From positions 186,001 to 250,000 of the forward strand of contig NIVC01001407.1 in NCBI GenBank assembly GCA_002269645.1: a DNA stretch of 64,000 nt. The letters run 5' to 3'. The stretch is from Macrostomum lignano. Taxonomy: Eukaryota. This document shows, piece by piece, positions 1 to 22,000 of this stretch (its first letter is position 1; every line of letters begins with the position of its first letter). The translations under genes were made by a program, and so were the position numbers. The notes beneath the pieces are model-generated. The model did not search any database, had not been told where the DNA came from, and saw only the letters and a list, made by a program, of their open reading frames with translations.

Positions 1-7944
<7,944 letters not shown>

Positions 7945-8476
7945 TTGTACTCTTTGAATTTTTTCAGGGGACTATTTTTCCTCTTGTTTGAAGTCAGATT
8001 TGCCTAAACAATTAATCAAAATGGTTTTTGATTAGTTTAAAATAACAAACCTAAAACAAAAATGTCGGGCATGGGGTGTGAAAACAAATCCCAATGGCAG
8101 TTATATATACTTAGGTGGAAACTTACCACAATGTCAGGCGGCCTCTTATTGGCTTAGCACACTGAAGTCCTCTAGAATCAAAACTCTGACCAACTACGTC
8201 ACCCCCTACCCAGGTGAAAATTTGCACTGTCAGTCAATTATCGAGAATTAACGAAGCCTGTCCTGGACGTTCATCTGTTTGCAGTAGTCCTGCACCTATT
8301 TACTGAATGAGTAGTGTGGAGTATGCCAGTAGTCTGAACAGACAATAGCAGTAGTCACATGGTCGCGTCACTTATTTATAATGGCAAGTCGGTATTAAAG
8401 TACCGTAAATGAATTGATGCCGAGATGCAACAATGCAAGTGACATTTAACACGGATGGGCGTTAGAGAGATAAAAA

Positions 8477-9010
8477 GACATTTGGACAGACACAAAGACA
8501 GATGTTTAAGCAGACACAAAAACAGACGTTTAGACAGACACAAAGACAGATATTTGGACAGACACAAAGACAGATATTTGGACAGACACAAAGACAGATA
8601 TTTGGACAGACACAAAGACAGCTGTTTAGACAGACACAAAGACGGATGTCTAGACAGACACAAAGACAGATGTTTAGGCAGACACAAAGACAGATGTTTA
8701 GGCAGACACAAAGACAGATGTTTAGGCAGATACAAAGACGGATGTTTAGACAGACACAAAGACAGATGTTTAGGCAGACACAAAGACGGGTGTTTAGACA
8801 GATACAAAGACGGATGTTTAGACAGACACAATGACGGGTGTTTAGAAAGACACAAAGACGGGTGTTTAGGAAGACACAAAGACGGCTATTTAGACAGACA
8901 CAAAGATGAATATTTAGACAGACACAATGACAGATGTTTAGACAGACACAATGACAGATATTTAGACAGCTATTTAGACAAAAAGAAGGCTGTTTAGGCA
9001 GACACAAAGA
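8477..9010 (+). repeat. 24-bp minisatellite (~22 units), intergenic
   Basis: Unit TTTAGACAGACACAAAGACAGATG. Confidence 0.93.
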
Positions 9011-11479
9011 CATGCTTAGAACTGAATTTCAGACCTTTTATACAATCCTTCTAATACAGAAACATTTAACGATTAGGCAAGTTTACAGGTATATTTATGC
9101 TATATATATAGAAATTGCTATAAACTAAATGCAAGTAATTTCGAAGGATTTAGATGGAAGAATTATACATTGCATCATTCATTCCCTCACTCAGTTTGAT
9201 CATGGCAAAGCATACGAAGCTGGCACTTGATAAATGGCCGATTATGTCTCATATTTTTTCATAGAAGCCGCATTCTTTGATTTACGTTTATTGTTTTCGA
9301 AGAGTATAAAATATTAATTTTTGTGAGTGGCCGACGGGCCCTATAGCAAAACTGGATGGTTCCGAAATTCTAATTAATGAATTTCCTGCGATGCAAATTA
9401 AATTAGTAACGGACTTCTGCTGCCCATTCTTCCCATTGTTCGTCTCTTGTGCGCACGCTTGGTTGCTGATAATTTTAGTTTTTGTCATCAATTCGTTCTC
9501 ATGGGAACGGGGAGGCATCTATTATTGTCCCAATCTACTTGACTTCCTTTCGTGATTGTTTAATCTAATTGTGGGATTCCCAGCTATAGTAGAACAAGGC
9601 AGAAGCATGATTTTTCTCCGCAGTGCGCTTAGTACAACGTCGAGATTATTGTAGGAAAAGCCATCGACAAAAAAGCTCATGGGAATTGCGTTTATAAATC
9701 GCCATAATTAACTTCAGTAGATGAATTGAATAGAAATGACAAATTTGTTTCGATCGATGAATTCGAAAGCAATAAATAAATAAAAATGTCGAAAGGTTAG
9801 AGCTCATGTGTATTTTTGTGAAACTTTTTAAGTATCGAAATCCTCATTCAAAAAATTTAACAATTATTATCTCTCATGGCACGAAGCTTGATACTGTAGC
9901 GAAAAATTTTATTACCTAAAGACACAATTTGGTCCGACCCAAGGACCACTGAAAAACTAAAAAAATGTACTGAATAGTGATCCTTGTGCGCACGACATAC
10001 ATTTACGTATACTACTTGTAAAACTATGCATGTACATGTTAAAAAAATTTATATATGTCACTGTTTTATATATATATTTGCTTCAACCAGCCTCCAAGCG
10101 AAATTAATTTTTAATAAAAAGCGCCTTTAACTCTACTAATCTACAAAAAACACTAAAACGAAAACTAAAAGCAAATAAGTTTGAAAAATTAAATTTATAT
10201 ATTTACGATAGTAAATCGACACTAGATTTTCAAGCTAGTCATTCTGAATTGAATTCTTGAATTTTAGATTATCGCGCTAAAGTACAACACAACAAAGTCT
10301 TTAATAAGATTTTAATGCGAGAAAAGTTTAATTTTATGACGTTAATAGAACATAGTCTTTTTTATTATTACTTGTATTGTGTAGATTATATACCAATATA
10401 TTTTATGTTTTTATTATTAAGAAGTCACTGTTCTAGGAAATATTCATTTTTTAACTTGCAATAGTGTAAAATAATGAATTGCCGATACTAACACTTGAAC
10501 TTTCAGCCGTCGAGAGTGCCAAGTCAGAGCGCGAACTCTTATTAACAATCGATGATTTATATTTATATTGGTTACTTATCAGTCATTAAAACAAAAGTTT
10601 CATTATAAAATTATCTTGCAAAATAACATAAATTACATACAGTAAAAAGTACAGTGAGATAAATACAATATAAATAGTATAATACCAATACAACCTAATA
10701 AGAGTAAATACGAAATTATTTACTTTTAAATTACATACGCAGATATGTTACAATAGTTAAAAAAAAATTAGGCGCGAGTGATGGTCCATGATATCTATTG
10801 CCATTGCCAAGTGGTAGTAGCCAATTCGATGTCAGCTTGAAATTGTTAGCAATGAGCTGGTCGCTGGTTTTTTTATTTTTATTTTATTAGAGCTATTAAG
10901 TGTGTCAGCTAATCGAAAATGCAGAGACCTGTAGCCGTAGGCTAGGGCCTATATATGCTATATTTTTATCTTAGCCTTATCAATGTATTGTAGTGCTAGT
11001 GCCCGTCCAGAAGAGAGGGATGGCAATGCCAAATGGGCATAGCCCTTCAGCTGAGGAATTTTTACCATATAGACCTGTTTTTTCCTTGTTTTGATGATTT
11101 CTTTTTAGACTTATGACAATGACTAATGACACTGCTTTTAGAACTGTGAAAGTCTCAGTGTAGTCTCATAATATATTTAAATATTATAAGCAATATCTAG
11201 GTATTATAGCATATATGATATAGGTTGGCCTCCTAACAGAAAAAATTAGATCCCCAATCCCAATGGCATTAGACATTAGGCCTAGTCCTAGAGGCTATAT
11301 TTCCATTATCCTTATATAGGTCATAGCTCATAGCTATTAAAAGCCACTTTCTAGTTTTCTTAGACCTATCTAAAACATTATTACATTAAAATGTTTGCTG
11401 TGACACCTTAAATTATGTTAGGAGTAAAACCATAATTAGGAAGATGGCCTTTTCATAGAAAATTCACAGACATGTGCTG

Positions 11480-12088
11480 CACTAGCGCCATAGTCCGGAA
11501 AAGGGATAGTACGCCGGAATGCCGGATTAATCTGGCATACACTCACAACTTTTGGCCTACACTTGGCGTACAAATTTTTTACTTTTTAAAATCTGGCGTA
11601 ATTATCTGGCGTATAAAAATGCATATTCAAGTTGCGTACATGTTCTTTGCAGTTGCAGAATCAAATCAAATAGCATAAAAAATTAGTGTGCATGCAGTCA
11701 ATAGAATCACGTGGAAGAGATCGTGAAAAGTGAAAAAAGATGAAACAAGTTTATTTTTAAGCATAAATTTCAAGCTTTCCAGGTTTTTAGAGCTCGTAAT
11801 ACAAAAATTTAAACAAATATTTTTGTGTATTAAATTTCTGCAATAAATAATATTAGCAAAAAAGCAAAAGTACTAACCAAATTAGTAGCTCAAAATGGTT
11901 ACTTTACACAATTTAAAAAAAAAGTGTTTCATTGTTGCAACATAAAAAAGGTCATTTATTATTGCAACACCAGTGTAGATTTGAGAGTGGGCATGCACTC
12001 AAAATTTGGCGTACACAGCATACCAAAAAATTGTGAGAGATTTTAAGTCTGGCGTACATTCAGGGTGTTCCAAACTATGTCACTAGTG
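11480..12088. mobile_element. Putative non-autonomous TIR element (CACTAG termini)
   Basis: Imperfect ~21-bp TIRs CACTAGCGCCATAGTCCGGAA / TTCCAAACTATGTCACTAGTG with subterminal TGGCGTA repeats at both ends; no TSD found. Confidence 0.45.
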
Positions 12089-13353
12089 CAATAGCAGGCA
12101 AGATAAAAATTCTGGCGCAGTATGGTAGAAGACAAGAACTTCCAATGAGATAATATTTTCTTTGATAGAAAATCTGCAAGTAATTTCTTTTTATTAGCAC
12201 TTTTTGTTGATAGCTTTTTAAATTAATTTATGTTAACATGGTATTTTCTATGAAATAGATTCAAATACAAGTTTTACACTAGCATTTTTCAAATGGAAAA
12301 TTACTGATTTTTGCATTTTTCAAAAATTTATAATACATGGCACAAGCAAAGTATATCCCTATTTTTTCTAATCATAGGTCAGTTTTTTTGAAGTAAAGGT
12401 ATCTTATATTTATAAGATTAAATAATCAAAGCAGAGCTATTTAGTAACTTGTGCCCTCTTCAAAATTGTCTGGATCTGTGCCTGAATCTTTTTCTTCTTA
12501 TTTTTGATACTAATATATAGTCATCTATATAAATGTATAATAAAAGTATAATACTTTTAAAATTATTTTAATGAATTTGTGATATCGGGGTTACTTTTGC
12601 CTTCTAAAATATTTCCACAGCTGTTACTAAGTTGTTACAAGTGTTATGGTTCTCACTATAAATATCTTATTACTGCAACCAATGTTCTTATAAGGGTTTC
12701 TTAGCTTTCTCCTTTTATTAGTCTTTTATGTACCTTTATTGATTTTTTCATATATATATTATTGGTAGCACATGAATGTACTTTTACTGATAGAATATAT
12801 ACTTTTAGCCTGAGTGGTCTGATGGCAATATGTCCCCTACCTCTATATATTCTTTAGTCTACTCTTCTAAAGGGTTTTTTCTTAGTCCTAGGCATTCCCA
12901 GTATCAGAAGATCATGGCTTATTTATTGGGTATTCTGCATTGAGGTGGGTTTCTTAAACTAGACTTATCTGGACCATTCTACCCTCTGGTAGGTAGTCAG
13001 CCTTTCAAGGCAATTTTCTAGATTCTAAATCTAGAGTTCTCATTCTCTTAAAATGGATTAAATTCTCCTAGTCTTGGAGCTACTTCTAAGGCACTATCTA
13101 CTACTCAAAATAAGTAGTATAAGAGCAAATACAAGCCCTGAGGCTGATTGACTTTTGATTTTAAATAGAGTGACTGGAGGACACAAAGTGAAAAGCTTTA
13201 AAAAGCTAAATAAAACAAGGAAAGGAAATGAGTTTATTATTCTTGAACTTTAATTGGCCACTTATAGTATAGTTTTTCCTACTATTTAAAATAAACAATG
13301 GTATGCATAATGTACAGAATATATTAAATATAAGAAATATTTTTATATGTGCA

Positions 13354-14096
13354 TAGTGATGGATCAAAATTCGATTTTGATTTCGATATTCCAAATTTCA
13401 AAACTAATTTTGTATCAAAATAATTTAGATTTCAATTTCGAATTTCGACACCATTCATCAAAAATCATTTTGAAATTTTGGTTACATTTTAACGATTTAG
13501 ACATTGATGATCATGCTATACGAGAAAGAAAATCTATAGGAAGTGAAAGGAAGTGCAGTTCTAAGACTCAGTGGGGAGGTGAAAATCGCCTTTTCTACAA
13601 GAAGATTGTGTGGGGCACACACTGTTCCAGGCCTTGTGCTGCACCCACCTCAACCTCTACAAGCCCACTGGCTAAACTTATCGGTGTGGATTTTAATTGG
13701 CTAAAGACCTAAAGCCTTAATCAAATGGATATAGGCTACTCATATCTAGATCTTCAGCTTAAACAGTGGTGAAGTATAATACAACTTCTACTATATTTCT
13801 ATGTACAAGTGTATAATACATAATATACCGGCATTTTCTATTTCGTATTTTTAAAGTAAGTTAAATCGTAAGTATTCTGGTTTAAACATATCAAAGATAC
13901 TTTTTATAAAACATGTAAGCTCATACATGCAGAGGCAAGGTGTTAACCTTTTTGCATGATTAGCGAAAAAGTAAAAATTTGTTAAGCTCAAAAATTTTGA
14001 TTTCGATTTCAATTTCAATAAATTCAATTTTGATTCTAAGGACCCGAAAATTTTGATTTCGATTTCGATTTGAAAAATAATTTTGATCCATCACTA
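13354..14096. mobile_element. hAT-type MITE
   Basis: 18-bp perfect TIR TAGTGATGGATCAAAATT / AATTTTGATCCATCACTA; 8-bp TSD TATGTGCA / TATTTGCA (7/8); subterminal GATTTCGAT repeats. Confidence 0.85.
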
Positions 14097-14878
14097 TATT
14101 TGCATAATATAACAATAGTATTTAAAAATACAATTTTCTAAGAAACTTCATAGTAAAAATTAAGGCCTATTACATTTGCAAGACATCAAAATACTCTTTT
14201 GTATTTAATTTTTAATTCAACAAAATTTATTAAAATGACTTAATCTAATATGTTTTACCCTGTTTTTAACCTTTTTTCTAGTTCTAAAATACATTATAGT
14301 ATATATTATGGAATTTTTTATTGTTGAACCCTGATTTTACCCCAGTTGTGGCTTTTATAGTATTGAATTTATTATAAAACTATATGTTTCTACTATGTTT
14401 ACTGAATTCCTATTATATGTGGATACTTTATATATATAATGATGTAGAATAGGCCTATATTATTATTTAGGGTTCCAATTTCTATTACTTTGTTTATAAC
14501 CCATTTTTCATCTATAATTATTTGAAAAAAATATTTCTTTATTCAATATTAGGATCAAAATATTGTTTTTTTTAATGTCAAAAAAGATTAATAGCTTTGA
14601 ATCTATTATTGCTCATTGTTTATATTTGTAAAAGTGAGCAATATTGTTAGAGATATTGTTCAATTAAATTGTAGGCTAAGAATATGGTAGCAATTAAGGT
14701 TGTACCAGTGAATAAAGCATAAAAAAATAAAGTTTTGCCAAATTTTTATGCCACTTTTTTCTAAAGTTTGTATTAGAATACATTAAACCTGATATAAAAT
14801 ACCAAAGTTCTTGTATATTGCTAGGATCTTGAACATCTAGAGTATTGTAAATTTAGCATTGATGGATTTATATACTCT

Positions 14879-16850
14879 AGATTAAGCATCTGTGGTTTGG
14901 TGCAGATTAAGCATCAGTGAATTGGTGCTAATTAAGCATCAGTTGATTAGTGGAGATTAAGCATCTGTGGATAAGTGCAGATTAAGCATCTGTGGATTGG
15001 TGGAGATTAGGCTTCAGTGGATTAGTTGAGATTAAGCATCCATGAGTTAGTGCAGAATAAGAATCCATGAATTAGTGTAGATTATGCATCAGCTGATTAG
15101 TGGAGATTAAGCACCAGTGGATTAGTGCAGATTAAGCATCTGTGGATTAGTGCAGATTAAGCATCAGTGAATTGGTGCTAATTAAGCATCAGTTGATTAG
15201 TGCAGATTAAGCACCAGTGGATTAGTGCAGATTAAGCATCTGTGGATTGGTGCAGATTAAGCATCTGTGGGTAAGTGCAGATTAAGCATCAGTGAATTGG
15301 TGCTAATTAAGCATCAGTTGATTAGTGGAGATTAAGCATCTGTGGATAAGTGTAGATTAAGCATCAGTGAATTGGTGCTAATTAAGCATCAGCTGATTAG
15401 TGGAGATTAAGCACCAGTGGATTAGTGCAGATTAAGCATCTGTGGATTAGTGCAGATTAAGCATCAGTGAATTGGTGCTAATTAAGCATCAGTTGATTAG
15501 TGCAGATTAAGCACCAGTGGATTAGTGCAGATTAAGCATCTGTGGATTGGTGCAGATTAAGCATCTGTGGATTAGTGCAGATTAAGCATCTGTGGATTAG
15601 TGCAGATTAAGCATCAGTTGATTAGTGGAGATTAAGCATCTGTGGATTGGTGCAGATTAAGCATCAGCTGATTAGTGGAGATTAAGCACCAGTGGATTAG
15701 TGCAGATTAAGCATCAGTGGATTAGTGGAGATTAAACATCTGTGGATTGGTTGAGATTAAGCATCCATGAATTAGTGCAGATTAAGCATCAGCTGATTAG
15801 TGGAGATTAAGCACCAGTGGATTAGTGCAGATTAAGCATCAGTTGATTAGTGGAGATTAAGCACCAGTGGATTAGTGCAGATTAAGCATCAGTTGATTAG
15901 TGCAGATTAAGCATCTGTGGATTAGTGCAGATTAAGCATCTGTGGATTGGTGCAGATTAAGCATCAGTGAATTGGTGCAGATTAAGCATCTGTGGATTAG
16001 TGCAGATTAAGCATCAGTGGATTAGTGGAGATTAAGCATCTGTGGATTGGTTGAGATTAAGCATCCATGAATTAGTGCAGATTAAGCATCAGCTGATTAG
16101 TGGAGATTAAGCACCAGTGGATTAGTGCAGATTAAGCATCAGTTGATTAGTGGAGATTAGGCATCTGTGGATTAGTGCAGATTAAGCATCTGTGGATTGG
16201 TGCAGATTAAGCATCAGCTGATTAGTGGAGATTAAGCACCAGTGGATTAGTGCAGATTAAGCATCAGTTGATTAGTGGAGATTAAGCATCTGTGGATTAG
16301 TGCAGATTAAGCATCTGTGGATTGGTGCAGATTAAGCATCAGTGGATTAGTGGAGATTAAGCATCTGTGGATTAGTGGAGATTAGGCTTCAGTGGATTAG
16401 TGGAGATTAAGCATCTGTGGATTAGTTGAGATTAGGCTTCAGTGGATTAGTGGAGATTAGGCTTCAGTGGATTAGTGGAGATTAGGCTTCAGTGGATTAG
16501 TGGAGATTAAGCATCTGTGGATTAGTGGAGATTAGGCTTCAGTGGATTAGTGGAGATTAAGCATCTGTGGATTAGTGCAGATTAAGCATCTGTGGATTGG
16601 TGCAGATTAAGCATCAGTGGATTAGTGGAGATTAAGCATCTGTGGATTAGTGGAGATTAGGCTTCAGTGGATTAGTGGAGATTAAGCATCTGTGGATTAG
16701 TTGAGATTAGGCTTCAGTGGATTAGTGGAGATTAGGCTTCAGTGGATTAGTGGAGATTAGGCTTCAGTGGATTAGTGGAGATTAAGCATCTGTGGATTAG
16801 TGGAGATTAGGCTTCAGTGGATTAGTGGAGATTAAGCATCTGTGGATTAG
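14879..16850 (+). repeat. 21-bp minisatellite, ~2 kb (~90 units), ending ~60 nt before the SMKR1 acceptor
   Basis: Unit GATTAAGCATCTGTGGATTAGTGCA-type variants with a 21-nt period and block-level variant patterns. Confidence 0.95.
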
Positions 16851-16910
16851 TGATCACCTTTAAACCAGCATATCGATTTCCTTATCCCATTTTCAACGCC
16901 CACCCCACAG

Positions 16911-17186
16911 CCGCGCAAAGCCAAATCCGCTGGCGGCCGCCTTGGCGGCAAAAAGTCTGGCAAAAAATCTGGCAAAAAGTCTGGCAAAAAGCGTGGCAAA
17001 TCGGCTGCGGCCGCTAAAGCTGAGAAGCCTGTAGTGGACATTATGTCCCCAGCAGCAATGGAGAACATCTACATGATTGCTCACGGAGTCGTTGATGCTT
17101 TGGAATTGCGCGGCTTTGCTAGCAGACCGAGCACTTCAAAGAAGAAAGGGAAGAAAGGCAAAAAAGGAAAGAAAAAGAAGAAGTGA
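16911..17186 (+). CDS. SMKR1: Small lysine-rich protein 1-like; coding exon lacking its own start codon
   Basis: After acceptor CCCACCCCACAG: [19 protein letters not shown]...[29 protein letters not shown]...KKGKKKKK*. The core matches the SMKR1 motif [28 protein letters not shown] as I recall it. Not in the ORF track. Confidence 0.85.
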   Translation, partial: PRKAKSAGGRLGGKKSGKKSGKKSGKKRGKSAAAAKAEKPVVDIMSPAAMENIYMIAHGVVDALELRGFASRPSTSKKKGKKGKKGKKKKK

Positions 17187-17499
17187 AAAATTTGCACTTA
17201 AAATGTGAGATTTTAGTGACAGAATTTTTACATTCGAATTCAACTCGTGACTTTATTTTTTAAACTACTTTTAGTAGGCATGCTAGATTTTCCACTGCCT
17301 GTACACTGTAGTATTTTAACGAGTGCTCAATTTTTAGAACCTTTTTATCTGCTGTGATGTAAATTTATTTTTTGTACAACATGTACTTTTTCGTAGGTAG
17401 CTTTCAGTAACGTAGTAGTGTGTTTAACTTCTAAAATCTGCGCTGTTTTGTACTTTTTGTAAAACAGCTTTGATGCTTTTATAAAGAATTCTGACTTAG

Positions 17500-18245
17500 G
17501 GGTTTGTGGCGCCGTCTCTGAAGGATCTGAGGGTGGGTGTGGCGCCGTCTCTGAAGGATCTGAGGGGGGGTGTGGCGCCGTCTCTGAAGGATCTGAGGGG
17601 GGTGTGGCGCCGTCTCTGAAGGATCTGAGGGGGTGTGGCGCCGTCTCTGAAGGATCTGAGGGTAGTTGTGGCGCCGTCTCTGAAGGATCTGAGGGGGTTG
17701 TGGCGCCGTCTCTGAAGGATCTGAGGGTGGGTGTGGCGCCGTCTCTGAAGGATCTGAGGGGGTTGTGGCGCCGTCTCTGAAGGATTTGATGGGGTTGTGG
17801 CGCCGTCTCTAAAGGATCTGAGGGGGGACGTGGCGTCGTCTCTGAAGGATCTGAGAGGCTTGTGGCGCCGTCTCTGAAGGATCTGAGGGGAGTGTGGCGC
17901 CGTCTCTGAAGGATTTGATGGGGTTGTGGCGCCGTCTCTGAAGGATCTGAGGGGAGTGTGGCGCCGTCTCTGAAGGATTTGATGGGGTTGTGGCGCCGTC
18001 TCTAAAGGATCTGAGGGTAGTTGTGGCGCCGTCACTGAAGGATCTGAGGGTAGGTGTGGCGCCGTCTCTGAAGGATCTGAGGGGGGACGTGGCGCCGTCT
18101 CTGAAGGATCTGAGGCGGGACGTGGCGCCGTCTCTAAAGGATCTGAGGAGGCTTGTGGCGCCGTCTCTAAAGGATCTGAGGAGGCTTGTGGCGCCGTCTC
18201 TGAAGGATCTGAGGGGCTTGTGGCGCCGTCACTGAAGGATCTGAG
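17500..18245 (+). repeat. ~33-35-bp GC-rich minisatellite (~22 units)
   Basis: Core GTGGCGCCGTCTCTGAAGGATCTGAGGG. Confidence 0.93.
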
Positions 18246-19056
18246 GAAGCTGGGCATGTACACGCCTACTAGAAATGGTGAAGGGTTAGAAATGTTTTTC
18301 CTTGTCTTCCTCTGTCGTTGCTATAATAAGGCAGTTTTTTGAGAACTATTTTTATAAAACCTGTAGCTTCCCTGTTTACCCGACCTTGCCTGTTTTTCGA
18401 ATAGTTCGTTTATAGTTTTTACATATTTGTGTTAATCTAGACGGCCATGTAATTTATATTTTCCCAGAGTCTTTGCTTTTTTGGTCTATTTATATTTTCT
18501 TCCTATTAGATAGAGGAAAAGATGAGAGAAAAATTTCCATAATTCGAGCTAGATGTTTTTCCAACAAATTTTTGATAGCTGTGCTTCGAAGTATTCTTAT
18601 TTCGCAAGCAATTATCTTGTAACTGCACCTGCTTAAATAATCCGTGTGTTGTTATTGTTTATGCCTTACTTTTCAAAGTTATTTTGATTTCAAGATGTGT
18701 GATTTTTGTATCTGTCTGTGTTATTTCAACATTTGCAATTCAGCTATTATTGCGACTATATTGATTATTCCTAATTGAATTGAAATGTGTTATTTTAAAA
18801 TGATTTTTATTATTGATTCCTTTTTTGTCAGATTAATAAATAAATAATCTAAAAACCTTAATCCGTCCAAGTGTCCTTAAAACTTTGTTTTTCCAGTTTT
18901 TTTCTATTAGACTACTTGTGATCTTATATTTAGTAGTAGCTTTAGTCTATATTTATAACTAGTCAGCACCAACATTTACTATCATCTAGAAAGCTTAGTG
19001 AAAGAACAACACTTTATAAACATATTTTGTTTATTTCATTTACTGATTAAAACAAA

Positions 19057-22000
19057 ATGGCGTTATTTGGAATCTCGATTTCAATGTGGCTTGTTGGAGT
19101 TATTGGCCTGTCTCTTTATATTGTTCTATACGTAATTAGCATTACTATTTATGGCAAGAAGCCTGGTAGGAATCCGTTTGTACTGCCTAGTTTACTGGTT
19201 AAAAAACCAGAGAGAACCGCGGATGATGTTATCAACAATCAGGTTCGTCTATTACTGTGAAGATGCGTTAAACTTAATTGTATTAAGTCTCAACTTATTT
19301 GTAGCTGACTGATAGCAGAGTGGGGTAGAGGACTTGGGCGGGGTGTTACGCTGGGCCTGGGGTTTATGGCTGACTGATAGCAGAGTGGGGTAGAGGACTT
19401 GGGCGGGGTGTTACGCTGGGCCTGGGGTTTATGGCTGACTGATAGCAGAGTGGGGTAGAGGACTTGGGCGGGGTGTTACGCTGGGCCTGGGGTTTATGGC
19501 TGACTGATAGCAGAGTGGGGTAGAGGACTTGGGCGGGGTGTTACGCTGGGCCTGGGGTTTATGGCTGACTGATAGCAGAGTGGGGTAGAGGACTTGGGCG
19601 AGGTGTTGCGCTGGCGTTTTATGGCTGACTGATAACGTTGATATGCTTTATCTCATATAGCATTGGGTGTACATCTAATCTATTTTTAGCAATTGAACCC
19701 CCATCCCCCCTCCAAACTGTGCAGTCCGCTCGCGATTCTGTCCTACGCCAAAACTTCACGGGGTCTCGCATACCCGAGCGCCTAGACGCCATTGTGATTG
19801 GCTCCGGCATTGGCGGTCTAACCGCGGCCACCCTATTGGCTAGGGCTCGCAAACGAGTGCTAGTATTGGAACAGCACGACGTTATTGGCGGCTGTTGTCA
19901 CACTTTCGTTGATAAAGGCTACGAATTCGATGTTGGTATACATTATATTGGCGAGATGCGACCCGGGTCGTTTGTACGCTGCCTAGCTGATCAGCTAACC
20001 GATGGTAAACTGATGTGGCAGCCTTTGGATGTCGACTTTGACAGAGTGATTGTTGGCTGCGTCGATGGCGGCGGCAAGAATCGCAGCGTACTGGTGACTG
20101 GCGATCGGAAAGAGTTCGCCAAGCGTCTGGCTCAGGAGTGGCCAGACGATGCAGCTGGTATCGAGGCGTTTTTCAGTCTGCTAGATCGATTGAAACGCGG
20201 CTCAAAGCTCTATTGGGGATTGAAATTGTTGCCATTGCCTTTGGCTAGGCTGCTGATCAAGTCTGGCTTATGCGGCTTGTTTTCAGCCTATTTTCGGTGA
20301 GTATTAGGCTACTTTTAGTAGTTTACCTGGCCTGTACTGAGATACGTACTGTATGAGCTCTATTATATGACCTTTTTTAGTGTATGAGCGTTGCTTTATG
20401 TATGACCGCATTGCTGTTGTCATAAGTCATAACTTGCGCTTCGAGCCATTACTATAGCCTCTGAATGAGCCATTCTATCCTTATGACCTGATATTACTCT
20501 TTGTGACTTTAGTCTCTGTATGAGCCTTTCTATCTCTATGACCTGTCAGACTCTCTATGACTATAGTCTCTATATGAGCCATTCTATCCCTATGACCTGA
20601 TATGACTCTTTGTGACTTTAGTCTCTGTATGAGCCTTTCTATCTCTATGACCTGTCAGACTCTCTATGACTATAGTCTCTATATGAGCCATTCTATCCCT
20701 ATGACCTGATATGACTCTTTGTGACTTTAGTCTCTGTATGAGCCTTTCTATCTCTATGACCTGTCAGACTCTCTATGACTATAGTCTCTATATGAGCCAT
20801 TCTATCCCTATGACCTGATATGACTCTTTGTGACTTTAGTCTCTGTATGAGCCTTTCTATCCCTATGACTCTTCTCTATGACTATATGTTTTCTGTGTAC
20901 AAGGTTCGTCTTCTTTTTACATGACCTGCTATGGCCACAATCCCCTATCCCCTGCTCAGCTACCTGCACATCAGCCTGAAGCAATACCTAGACCAGCACA
21001 TCTCCAGCGAATCGCTGAAAAGTACATTGGCCTATTGTTTCGGCGACTACGGCACACCGCCAGGTGAAACCTCCGTAGTGCTGCACGCGCTACTATTGAA
21101 TCACTTCCTTCGTCAGGGCGGCTTCTACCCTATTGGCGGCCCTAGCGAAATTTCATTCTGCTCCGTGCCAGTCATTGAAAAAGCTGGTGGTAGGGCCTTG
21201 GTTCGAGCCCCAGTGTCGTCTATTGTGTGCAACGAAACTACTGGTAGAGCGGTTGGCGTCACAGTGCAAAGGTCAGATGGTGAATACACTGTTCTGGCCC
21301 CGCTGATCATCTCTGATGCTGGGCTCATTAATACTGCCAAACTGCTGCCTCAGACTGCGTTGGAGAAGTGAGTCTTGGGGGAAAAATTATATTATTATAA
21401 GCCTTTTTATGGTCTTAGTATGGTTGAGACACATTCGAGACACTACATGCATTTGAGACACTTTAGAAACAGTTTAGGACACTTTAGAAACAGTTTAGGA
21501 CACTTTAGACATAGTTTAGGACACTTTAGACACAGTTTAGGACACTTTAGACATAGTTTTGGACACTTTAGACACAGTTTAGGACACTTTAGACATAGTT
21601 TTGGACACTTTAGACACAGTTTAGGACACTTTAGAAACAGTTTAGGACACTTTAGACATAGTTTAGGACACTTTAGACATAGTTTAGGACACTTTAGACA
21701 TAGTTTAGGACACTTTAGACATAGTTTAGGACACTTCAGACATAGACTAAACATGTCTTAAGTTTAAACACTTCAGACAGTTTAGGACACTTCAGACAGT
21801 TTAGGACACTTTAGACACAGTTTAGGACACTTTAGACACAGTTTTGGACACTTTAGACACAGTTTAGGACACTTTAGACACATTTTAGGACACTTTAGAC
21901 ACAGTTTAGGACACTTTAGACATAGTTTAGGACACTTCAGACATAGTTTAGGACACTTCAGACACATTTTAGGACACTTTAGACATAGTTTTGGACACTT

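Noticed and set aside
8165-8215. tRNA or SINE head on the minus strand
   Set aside because: A-box-like sequence only; no B-box or cloverleaf.
12600-13100. Possible ancient LINE endonuclease remnant (minus-strand ..LPSDHSG..)
   Set aside because: Only a 3-residue motif among multiple stops; cannot be supported without an HMM search.
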